Assembly: GCA_041752695.1 (NCBI GenBank)
Contig: JBGSVZ010000105.1
Coordinates: 1-24,096 of the forward strand
Length of the DNA stretch: 24,096 nucleotides
Direction: 5' to 3'
DNA from: Terrimicrobiaceae bacterium
GTDB lineage: Bacteria; Verrucomicrobiota; Verrucomicrobiia; Chthoniobacterales; Terrimicrobiaceae
The notes beneath the pieces were generated by a model, which saw only the letters and a list, made by a program, of their open reading frames with translations, ran no database searches and was not told the origin of the DNA. Shown one piece after another: positions 9,368-17,450 of this stretch (the first letter of the stretch is position 1; every line of letters starts with the position of its first letter). The translations under genes and the position numbers were made by a program.

Positions 9368-9468
9368 GTAACTCGCGCTGGATCCCTAATTGCGCGGCGA
9401 GCATTTCCAGGACATCCTAATTCAGCGATATGCAATGTAGGTATTGTGTAATGACAGTCCGAGCCCCC

Positions 9469-10179
9469 ATGAAGACTCTTCGATCCGCCCCAAAAAGATA
9501 TTCTCGTTCCGACGACACTTCGGCGTTCACTTTGTTTGAATTGCTTTCGGTTATCGCGATTGTTGCGGTGATGACCGGCCTGGCGGTGCCGGCACTAAGT
9601 GGTTTGATCGGGGGACGTGCGGTGGAAAAAAGCATCACCGATGTCACCGGGATTCTTGAGCTCGCCCGCACTGAGGCCATGGCGAAGCGAACATATGTTT
9701 TGGTGGCGTTCAAAAATGCGGTTAATTCCAGTGGAAGTCCCGAGCTGCGAATCGGGTCGGTCGTCTCGCTCAACGGTCTGAACCAATACCAGTCGGCCAA
9801 TGTCAAGCCGTTGGCCCGGTTGGTGAAACTGCCTAATATCCGCTTGACGGATTACAACGGACTGCCCCAGGCGGTGAAGACCTATGTGGACAGCAACGCT
9901 GCCGACATTGGGAGTGCTAGCAACGGTCTGTACGTTGCCACCCGCAGTGGGTGTCCCTCATTTTCCCTCGGTGGTGAAAATTTTTCCGGTAGCCCCTATT
10001 GCACATTTTCCCCGGAAGGGGACGTTCTGGGGGGCGACACCCATAATCTCACGTGGCAAAGTCAGTTAAGTGTCGGGCTCTCCCCCTCGAGGGATGGCAT
10101 GGTGCCAGCCGGCACTTCCGACGGAGCCGTCGTGACTGCCTATGGAGGCAGCGCCCGGATGCGGATCACACGCCCATAA
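9469..10179 (+). CDS. Prepilin-type N-terminal cleavage/methylation protein, FimT/GspH-like (Verru_Chthon cassette protein D-like)
   Basis: A|FTLFELLSVIAIVAVMTGLAVPA class III signal with E5, then ELARTEAM (FimT/GspH-type helix). Start uncertain (ATG at 9430, 9451 or 9469). Confidence 0.85.
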   Translation: MKTLRSAPKRYSRSDDTSAFTLFELLSVIAIVAVMTGLAVPALSGLIGGRAVEKSITDVTGILELARTEAMAKRTYVLVAFKNAVNSSGSPELRIGSVVSLNGLNQYQSANVKPLARLVKLPNIRLTDYNGLPQAVKTYVDSNAADIGSASNGLYVATRSGCPSFSLGGENFSGSPYCTFSPEGDVLGGDTHNLTWQSQLSVGLSPSRDGMVPAGTSDGAVVTAYGGSARMRITRP

Positions 10180-10183
10180 ATGT

Positions 10184-10744
10184 ATGCCAAAATGGTCCCG
10201 TTCTCGTCGCGGTCACTCCGGGTGCCATGGCGGATTTTCGTTGGTCGAAGTGACGCTTGCATTGGGAATTCTCGCCTTCTGCCTCGTCACCATGGTTGCG
10301 CTCCTTCCCGTGGGACTAAATTCTCAAAAAGATGCCATGGAGGAAGCCCGAGCGAGCGGAGTCCTGCAAATGGCAACAGCCGCGGTCCGTTCCGCCTCTT
10401 TTTCCTACCGAGATGCAGCGGGGGTGGCAACCTTTGCCTTGCCGGAATATTTCTCCGACTCCGCGGGGGTTCCACGGACGTTCGCGGTTGGAGAAGGCGC
10501 GCAATCGTTCACGCTTTTCATCGGAGACGACGGCTCCATTCTGCGGACAACGGACACGGAACCTCCGCAGCAAATTCTGCATGTTCGATTAATCCCGCCG
10601 GAATCAGAAGGCAAACCGGTGAAAGTTTATGCTGCGGTAGCCTGGCCTTGGCAGCCTGGGGACAGCCCGACAACAGTCGCGGCAGACCTGGCTTCGCGGC
10701 AGGGACTTGAAGATACGTTCATCGTGTATGTCCCGAGAAATTAA
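10184..10744 (+). CDS. Prepilin-type protein, PilV/GspI-like (Verru_Chthon cassette protein B-like)
   Basis: Basic leader then G|FSLVEVTLALGILAFCLVTMVALLPVGL; C-terminal VAWP motif. ATG at 10184, 4 nt after the upstream stop. Confidence 0.88.
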   Translation: MPKWSRSRRGHSGCHGGFSLVEVTLALGILAFCLVTMVALLPVGLNSQKDAMEEARASGVLQMATAAVRSASFSYRDAAGVATFALPEYFSDSAGVPRTFAVGEGAQSFTLFIGDDGSILRTTDTEPPQQILHVRLIPPESEGKPVKVYAAVAWPWQPGDSPTTVAADLASRQGLEDTFIVYVPRN

Positions 10745-11753
10745 ACTAATCAGGGGCCTTCTTGCCCAAGCTCGGGGCTTCAGTCTGGTCGAGATTTTGG
10801 TAGCGCTTGCGGTCCTAGCCTTCGTGCTTGTCATGACGGCTAAAATGGCCGGCGAGACCCTGCTTGTCACTCAGGCCTCCGGAAAGCAAATCGATGCCTC
10901 CTCCATGGGTCGGGTTGTCCTCGACCGACTGGGAATTGACTTGTCCGGCGCGCTCCTCAATGGCGGTGCAACCATTCTCTTCGACGGGGGTTCGTCGGGT
11001 GGAACAACCGATCCCTCCGGAAACTCCGCTCTGGGTTTCGCCTCCAAGTCCCGGGCCCGCCTGAGCTTTAATGACCCCGTGGACGCGGATGTCCGAGGGA
11101 TCGTCCTGGGATATAAGATCAGGAATCAGGCGACGCCTCTGGGAAGCGGTTCTACGGCGCAAGTTCCTCTGATTGCGCGGGGGGACGGAACGCTGACGTT
11201 CGCCCAGACGAGCGCGGGATATAAGGCCGACTTTAGCTTGTGGAGTATCTTTGGCGAGAATGGGCGAAATCTCCCCTCCGACATTTCCAAGGCGACCTCG
11301 GATACTTCGTTCCTGACCTGGCAAGGGTTGGGCGATGGTGTCATCCGGTTTCACGTTACGTTCCTGTTGGATGACGGAAGGATGGTGCAAAGCCTGCAGC
11401 AAGGCTCTGCTCCGAACTGGACCTTGAATGCCACCTACCGGGACTTTCCCTCGAAAGGTGGGACGGGAACGACTCTTCCCATTGCGTTTTCAGCGGCGAC
11501 CTCGGCCGATCCTAATGGTCGTTATGTCAAAGGAATGGTCGTCGGGGTTGTGGTTCTCGATCCGGCCACGCTTCGCTTGGCGGTCACCAACGACGCCAAC
11601 TACCCCCTAACTCTGGCAGGCCAGCTAAAGCGTCCTGTCGGTGATGGAGAAACGCCCCAGGGAGTCTGGCAATCCAATCTAGACAAAATTTCCTTTCTGC
11701 CGGTCCGTCAAAACATCCGCTTTTATCAGCGTTTTTATCCCGTGACCCTTTGA
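10728..11753 (+). CDS. Prepilin-type protein, PilW/GspJ-like (Verru_Chthon cassette protein C-like)
   Basis: RG|FSLVEILVALAVLAFVLVM, GRVVLDRLGIDL, VVGVVVLD and terminal IRFYQRFY; overlaps the upstream gene by 17 nt. Confidence 0.88.
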   Translation: MSREIKLIRGLLAQARGFSLVEILVALAVLAFVLVMTAKMAGETLLVTQASGKQIDASSMGRVVLDRLGIDLSGALLNGGATILFDGGSSGGTTDPSGNSALGFASKSRARLSFNDPVDADVRGIVLGYKIRNQATPLGSGSTAQVPLIARGDGTLTFAQTSAGYKADFSLWSIFGENGRNLPSDISKATSDTSFLTWQGLGDGVIRFHVTFLLDDGRMVQSLQQGSAPNWTLNATYRDFPSKGGTGTTLPIAFSAATSADPNGRYVKGMVVGVVVLDPATLRLAVTNDANYPLTLAGQLKRPVGDGETPQGVWQSNLDKISFLPVRQNIRFYQRFYPVTL

Positions 11754-11756
11754 TCC

Positions 11757-14700
11757 ATGAGGAGAAGAAATCAAGTTTCGAAAACTAGCGGCGTTGCTTT
11801 GATCGTGACGCTCGCCATGTTGACCTTGCTGGTGTTTGTCATCGTGGCATTTTTTACGCGGGCGATGAACAACCGGCAGGTTGATGCTGCATCTGCTGGC
11901 GGCGCCCGCGCAGAGATCCTAGCGAAAAGTGCAGCGGAGTTCATTGTGGCCGATCTAAAGGCGGAGATCGTCGCCGGTTCGACGGCGGCAACTTCCCCAA
12001 GTTTGGCCCCGGTTTATCGCCCGCTTGCGCCCATTAATGCCACTCCCGCCCTTTCGCGAGCCTCCGGGATTGCCGCGGGCGATGTTTCCTTTCTTAGTCT
12101 CGTCAAACAATCCACCGGAGCGTTTTTTTCCGTTGGAGTTTCCTATCCGAATGCCAATCCGCTGATTCAGGCAGATACCGGCGTGACGACGGCGACACCG
12201 TCGGCCAATCGCAGGCAAGTCAGTCCCGCCCGCTGGAATGCCCCGCAAATGACAACGGGGGGCGGCTTCACGAATGGTGACCAGATCCCACGGTGGGTTC
12301 TCATGACCCGCGATGGGATTCCGCTCTCGCAAAGCTGGAACGCCGGTTTGAAGAATCAGGAGGCAGGGAATGGGAGCGCCGCGATCGGACGTTTCGCCTT
12401 CAATATCTACGACGAGGGTGGGTTGATCGATATCAACGTCGCGGGATTTCCGGAAACTCTGCCGGTGGCTGCTGTTGGGAGGAAGGGAACGCTCGGGCTT
12501 GCCCAAATCGCGTTGGTGCCGGGGATCGATTCGGCGGCAAATGCGCAGAAGTTTGTCGCCGGTTGGCGCAACCTTGCCAGTGGTTCGCGGGCCGACAACT
12601 ATCTCGCCTACCTGGGGATTCCCAAAAATGGGCCGACGAGTTTGATCGGCAATCCGTTTTTCGCCGATGGGCCCTCCAATGGATTTCTAAAGATGGCTTC
12701 GGAATCGGGTGTCTCGGACAATCTGGTACTGGGCCGCCAGGATCTCATACGGCTCGCGGGAAAGAACGTCTATGGAATCAGCCCGGACTCCCTGCCGTAT
12801 TTGACTCATTTCACCCGGGAGTTGAACGCCCCGGGGTGGTGGCCCGTTCGCGACGCCAGTGAATTGGGCGGCGTGGATGGCACCGGCATCCCCGCTCCGT
12901 TCGCTTATGCCGCCAACGCCGAAAATCCGGGAGTCGCGAACCGGTTTTTCCCAAACGTGAGGGTCGAAACTAACGCCGGGTGGAGGCGGCTGAGCGGTGA
13001 AAAATCCAAGCAAGGAGAGAGTCTGGCGAAATACCGTTTTCCCCTTTCCCGGCTGATCGTGCTCCAGGACGGAAACCATCTCACGAGGACATGGGACCTG
13101 AGCCCGCACGCGCTCCTGATCTTGAATCGGCTCGAGGCCCGTCGTCTGGCCAACGGTGCCGGCTCTCTCGGCGGAACACCCGAGATTCAAGCGGCAGCAT
13201 TGGTTCAGGCTTCCTTCGGATTAGTTTGGGACGCCGCCAATGCTTTATGGAGGTATGCGGGGCCGTCAGGGTCCACCGTTCAGGGAACGATCAAGTCGCT
13301 CGCGCAGGTGGCTGCGGAAAACCGGGAGCCAAACTTCGTCGAACTCCTGAAGGCAGGCATTCTGGCTGGCTCACTGGGAAATTCCAGCGACTTTGAGAGT
13401 CTCTCCGCCAATGTCGGCGAAGACGCTAGTCCCGACAATCAAATCATTCAGATTGCCGCCAATATTATCGACCAGTCTGATTCGGATTCTTTTCCCACCC
13501 GTATCGCTTTTGGCAAAGAAATGGATTCTCCCGCCAGCGTAATCTCTGCCCTGTCCTCCTCCAATGCTCCGACTCCCACGACTGAGGACAAGGTCTTTGC
13601 CGGAGTGGAGGATATTCCCTATCTCCAGTCGGTCGTGCTCACCCCCTATCGGCTGCCTTCCGGCATGGCAAATTTAGGCGCGTCGCCAATCGATGCGACG
13701 CAAAATGCGCCGCGTGACTACATCAACTGCTGGGCGCAGTTCGTGCTTTGGAAACCCCAGCAGGAATCACTGACGGCGATTGCTCCAGGAAGTTTTCGAG
13801 TGCTCTACTCCGGTGCGGGCGTGCAGATGAAATATCCCGCCTCACCCGCGGTCGAATACCCGATCGGCTCGGGAATCCGATATGGCAATACGGTGGCGAG
13901 CGGCGCTTTCCCCGCGCGATTCACGGATCCCCCGACTCCAGGCGGAACAGTGATCGAGTTTGGTGACGCCCCATCGTCTTTTAGAGTTCCGTCCCTTCTG
14001 ACGACGGGCACCTGTTCCCAACCTCATGGAAACAATCCGCTCTTTCCGCGCGGGATGTGGATGGGAGAAACCTACCGCCCGCAAAAGCTTAACAATCCCA
14101 CCCTGAACCGGACCACCGCCCCGGATCGAAATTGGGTGGAGTTTGAGTTCTCCAATGATTCGCGCCTCGAGCTTCAGTTTCGGGACGGTTCAGGAGCATG
14201 GCGGACCTACCAGCGGTATGACCGCGTTGGCATGGGGTCGCTCACCTCTTTCAGGTCGCGCGGCAAGTACGGCCTCGCCATCAACCCAAATGGCGCGGAG
14301 GCGGGCCCGGCAGGAAACAGGCCTCTCGCCGGCGACGGATTCGATACGCCCGCCTTCTCCGTTCTTGATGTCTCCGCACTGGCAATCAGCGCGGCTGATC
14401 CCCGCACACAGCGTTTCGGCTTGATGGCCATGTACATCTACAACTTCGCTCCGAATACTTTGCCGCCCGCATCAGCTTTGCCGGATTTGAATGCCGCGAG
14501 AAATGCCTTCAAACAAGGCTGGCAACCTGACGCGGGGGGCGGAAGCGCCTACCGGGCTTTGTTTTATCCCTCCAACGTGAGGTTTACACCGAGCTGGGGG
14601 AGTGCCACGGCAACCAATCCGTGGAGCGGCTTGGGCACGGCAATCGCCATCACCGATCCGACGAGCTTCTGGGTGGATAATCCCGGAAGCGGCAGTTTCT

Positions 14701-15434
14701 ACAAAGACCCGGACGGGATTGCCCGCCGGGCCGATGGAGACTCTGCGAACAACGTTCGCCCGATGCAAATGGCCAACCCGACTACCGCAAACTCGGCGGC
14801 GCTGGGAGTCATCCTCAACCGTCCGTTCCGCAGTGTGGGCGAACTGGCGTGCACCTTCCGCGACTCCCCTTGGAAAAGCTTGGACTTCTTCACCTCGAAC
14901 TCCGCCGATGGCGCACTGCTCGATATTTTTTCCGTGGACGAACAACCCGACGTCGTTGCGGGGAAGCTCAACCTCAACACTCGCAATCCTTTACCGCTGC
15001 AAACCATTCTGGTTGCAGCCTCCCGGGATGAGTCTGATCCGGCCAACACCATCTCTGCAGCGGAAGCGCAAGCCCTGGCTGAAGCCATGGTGAACAATAC
15101 CTCGGATACAAGCGGCGCGCCCGAGACGGGCCCGATGCGTAATCCTGGGGAATTAGCCTCCCGCCTGTCGAAGCTCCTCGCCGTTTCCAATAGTCCCAAC
15201 GCGGCCATCAAATCTCGACGTGAGGTCATCGGGCGGGCGTTGGCCGGGTCTGGACAAACCCGGACCTGGAACCTGCTCATCGACGTTATCGCGCAAAGCG
15301 GGAGATTTTCGGCCACAGCCACCAATCTCGAGCAGTTCGCTGTCGAGGGGGAGAAGCGCTATTGGCTCCACGTCGCGATCGACCGCCACACCGGCCAGGT
15401 TATCGACCAGCAACTCGAACCCGTTTTTGAATGA
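11757..15434 (+). CDS. Giant PilX/GspK-like pseudopilin (Verru_Chthon cassette protein A-like), 1225 aa
   Basis: G|VALIVTLAML (no E5, as in PilX/GspK). GspK-type motifs DEGGLIDIN, IAANIIDQSDSD, NRPFRSVGEL and GKLNLNT occur in order but spread over about 850 aa. Confidence 0.88.
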   Translation: MRRRNQVSKTSGVALIVTLAMLTLLVFVIVAFFTRAMNNRQVDAASAGGARAEILAKSAAEFIVADLKAEIVAGSTAATSPSLAPVYRPLAPINATPALSRASGIAAGDVSFLSLVKQSTGAFFSVGVSYPNANPLIQADTGVTTATPSANRRQVSPARWNAPQMTTGGGFTNGDQIPRWVLMTRDGIPLSQSWNAGLKNQEAGNGSAAIGRFAFNIYDEGGLIDINVAGFPETLPVAAVGRKGTLGLAQIALVPGIDSAANAQKFVAGWRNLASGSRADNYLAYLGIPKNGPTSLIGNPFFADGPSNGFLKMASESGVSDNLVLGRQDLIRLAGKNVYGISPDSLPYLTHFTRELNAPGWWPVRDASELGGVDGTGIPAPFAYAANAENPGVANRFFPNVRVETNAGWRRLSGEKSKQGESLAKYRFPLSRLIVLQDGNHLTRTWDLSPHALLILNRLEARRLANGAGSLGGTPEIQAAALVQASFGLVWDAANALWRYAGPSGSTVQGTIKSLAQVAAENREPNFVELLKAGILAGSLGNSSDFESLSANVGEDASPDNQIIQIAANIIDQSDSDSFPTRIAFGKEMDSPASVISALSSSNAPTPTTEDKVFAGVEDIPYLQSVVLTPYRLPSGMANLGASPIDATQNAPRDYINCWAQFVLWKPQQESLTAIAPGSFRVLYSGAGVQMKYPASPAVEYPIGSGIRYGNTVASGAFPARFTDPPTPGGTVIEFGDAPSSFRVPSLLTTGTCSQPHGNNPLFPRGMWMGETYRPQKLNNPTLNRTTAPDRNWVEFEFSNDSRLELQFRDGSGAWRTYQRYDRVGMGSLTSFRSRGKYGLAINPNGAEAGPAGNRPLAGDGFDTPAFSVLDVSALAISAADPRTQRFGLMAMYIYNFAPNTLPPASALPDLNAARNAFKQGWQPDAGGGSAYRALFYPSNVRFTPSWGSATATNPWSGLGTAIAITDPTSFWVDNPGSGSFYKDPDGIARRADGDSANNVRPMQMANPTTANSAALGVILNRPFRSVGELACTFRDSPWKSLDFFTSNSADGALLDIFSVDEQPDVVAGKLNLNTRNPLPLQTILVAASRDESDPANTISAAEAQALAEAMVNNTSDTSGAPETGPMRNPGELASRLSKLLAVSNSPNAAIKSRREVIGRALAGSGQTRTWNLLIDVIAQSGRFSATATNLEQFAVEGEKRYWLHVAIDRHTGQVIDQQLEPVFE

Positions 15435-16168
15435 AAAAATTGCTATCATTCGCACTTTGCCTCGCGACTTATGGTGTTGCGATGGCCCAACAGACCGGGC
15501 GAAGCCGCACCGAAGAGCCTCCTGCGCCCCCCTTGATCAAACAGGCGCCCAATCCTTCGCATTGGACGATGACCTTTACTCCAAAGACTCCACCGAAGAT
15601 GGCTGCTACTCCCGACGAAATCCGCCTGCAAAAAATCCGCCAGCGGTTCAGTCCCCTCATTCTTTCCAAAGAAATTTTCAAGAACGGAAACGAGCTGGCC
15701 ATTTTCACCACGTACGAAGCTGGCCTCACCACCGAAGCCAGGACATTAAACGGGTTTCTCTACGAAACTCCGCTGCGCAAAGGCGAGGCGATTCGCACAG
15801 AGGCGAGGCCCAGCGGAGATTTTTCAGAAATTTATGGGATTTCTGCGCAGACTTTTCGTGGCACCGTGGCATGGGAAGGCCGCAAGGTTCATATTTATGA
15901 ACCCGAACCCGTTGAGCCCCCACGGGATCTCGCGCAGCCTAATACCGGGGAATCCAATGATCTTTCGTTGCCGGACAAGGTCGTGACGAAGCGGGTTTAC
16001 ATCGACGCGGATTCGCGACTGCCGGTGGCGTTGGATACAGGCGTAGAGCTCGTCAAATATTCATTTTCCTCCAGCGGGAAGACTACTCCGGCACTCGACG
16101 ATCGGCTGGCGTTGATTCTGAAAGAGGCGGGGGATGCAAGGACTTTGCCGCGTTCCGCAGCCAAATAG
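15431..16168 (+). CDS. Secreted hypothetical protein translationally coupled to the cassette
   Basis: ATGA overlap with the protein A stop; Sec signal MKKLLSFALCLATYGVAMA-Q; C-terminal VYIDADSRLPVAL is reminiscent of LolA-like folds (weak). Confidence 0.8.
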   Translation: MKKLLSFALCLATYGVAMAQQTGRSRTEEPPAPPLIKQAPNPSHWTMTFTPKTPPKMAATPDEIRLQKIRQRFSPLILSKEIFKNGNELAIFTTYEAGLTTEARTLNGFLYETPLRKGEAIRTEARPSGDFSEIYGISAQTFRGTVAWEGRKVHIYEPEPVEPPRDLAQPNTGESNDLSLPDKVVTKRVYIDADSRLPVALDTGVELVKYSFSSSGKTTPALDDRLALILKEAGDARTLPRSAAK

Positions 16169-16221
16169 GCGTGATTGGCTCCGCCGGGAGTAGATAAGCT
16201 ACGGCTTGGTAGGGCGTTCCG

Positions 16222-17334
16222 TTAATCTGCCACGCTGACGGTTTTCCGGCCTTTTCTTTTGGCCTTGATTCCCTTACGGGGCCCTTCCGATTCTGCTTCC
16301 GGCGCATTTGCTCTGAGGTTCCTCACCGTATCGCCGGGTACCCAAACGCCACCGGTCAGCATGACCTTTGGCACTGTAGGAATTCCACGTTCGTTGCGGT
16401 TGATCTGCGCGACGATCAGATCCACGGCCCCAGCGCCCACGATTTCCGGCTGCTGGTTGATGCCGGCCACGCCATCATCAGTCAGGGCGCGATCCAGCAC
16501 GGCTACACCGAGCTTTGCCGGCACAGGCCACCCCAACTTTTCGAGCCTGGCGAGGATTTGTGAGTTTCCAGAGAGGATCGCGTCGGGTTTCCAATCATCC
16601 AGCCATTGCGCAAGTGTCTGGTCGTCGCCCACTTCGAGATTGTGGATGGGGATCCGCGACGTCGCCCGAGGATTTTCCTGGCTGATCAGATATCCGGCCG
16701 TCCAATTGAAGGCATTGCGCTGATCCTGGCTCCGGTTCAACGCCAAGCCGATCCGGCGGTATCCGAGACGGCGCAACTCCTGAAGCGCCAGGCGCACCGA
16801 GTCATAGTGGTAAGATACCGCCCGGTGGACGCTCGGCCTCAATAGGGAATAGCCCATGGTCGCCACGGCAAAGCGTCGGATATCCAGAGACACATGGCCG
16901 CGTCCGATCGGCAGAGGCGCGAGGAGGACCCCCTCGACTCCACGGTTGCGGAGGATAGAGTCCATTCTTCGCGCCGTCATCCCCGGTTCCTTCAGCCAGA
17001 CCTCATCCAGCGCGTATCCCATTTCCCTCGCGCGTTCAGTGGCTCCCGCGAAGTACCGCATGGTCGTCTGATAGTCCCGCCATCCATGCTTGGTGGGAAA
17101 TGCGGTGAGAAAGACAATGGATCCGGCCTCGGGAAGGGCGCGCCCCCCTTTAATGTGGGCCATCAAGGCAGAAACCATGGGATTGGGCCGGTAGCCGACC
17201 TCCTCGGCGATAGCTTTGATCCTTTCCCGAGTGGCTTCGGGAATGTCGGGCTGATTCCGAAGGGCGAGAGAGACCGCCGCCCGGGACAAGCCAGCTCGGT
17301 CAGCGATGGTTTGGAGGGTGGGTTTGGGATTCAC
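16222..17334 (-). CDS. LacI-family transcriptional regulator (LacI-2), paralogue of LacI-1
   Basis: TLQTIADRAGLSRAAVSLALRNQ HTH and VGYRPNPMVSALMAH hinge; effector domain collinear with LacI-1; GTG start. Confidence 0.93.
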   Translation of the reverse strand: MNPKPTLQTIADRAGLSRAAVSLALRNQPDIPEATRERIKAIAEEVGYRPNPMVSALMAHIKGGRALPEAGSIVFLTAFPTKHGWRDYQTTMRYFAGATERAREMGYALDEVWLKEPGMTARRMDSILRNRGVEGVLLAPLPIGRGHVSLDIRRFAVATMGYSLLRPSVHRAVSYHYDSVRLALQELRRLGYRRIGLALNRSQDQRNAFNWTAGYLISQENPRATSRIPIHNLEVGDDQTLAQWLDDWKPDAILSGNSQILARLEKLGWPVPAKLGVAVLDRALTDDGVAGINQQPEIVGAGAVDLIVAQINRNERGIPTVPKVMLTGGVWVPGDTVRNLRANAPEAESEGPRKGIKAKRKGRKTVSVAD

Positions 17335-17346
17335 TTAACGGGTAAA
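17335..17346. promoter_or_regulatory. Putative LacI operator (site 4, TTAACGGGTAAA) abutting the LacI-2 start codon
   Basis: Minus strand reads TTTACCCGTTAA-GTG; one mismatch to TTAAC-NN-GTTAA; lies in the LacI-2 / PEP-CTERM divergent region. Confidence 0.6.
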
Positions 17347-17450
17347 GCGAATACTTGAAGCGGAAGACTTGCAAGCTCAAACGATGAGGCGAATTATCGG
17401 GAAGCAGAAAGTTAATCCTCCCATCAACCGTGACCATACTTCCACAAACT

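Noticed and set aside
10142..10727. ORF-track starts at 10142 and 10707 (also 23130, 20876, 17430)
   Set aside because: Most extend into upstream genes or lengthen the leader; downstream ATGs give proper prepilin leaders or signal peptides.
9469..15434. Complete type II secretion or type IV pilus system
   Set aside because: No ATPase, secretin, platform protein, prepilin peptidase or obvious major pilin in the window; only the minor/tip subunits are present.
17368..17397. Palindromic CTTGCAAG as a bidirectional -35 with AATTAT as -10
   Set aside because: The -10 match is weak on the plus strand and absent at proper spacing on the minus strand; cannot be supported without TSS data.
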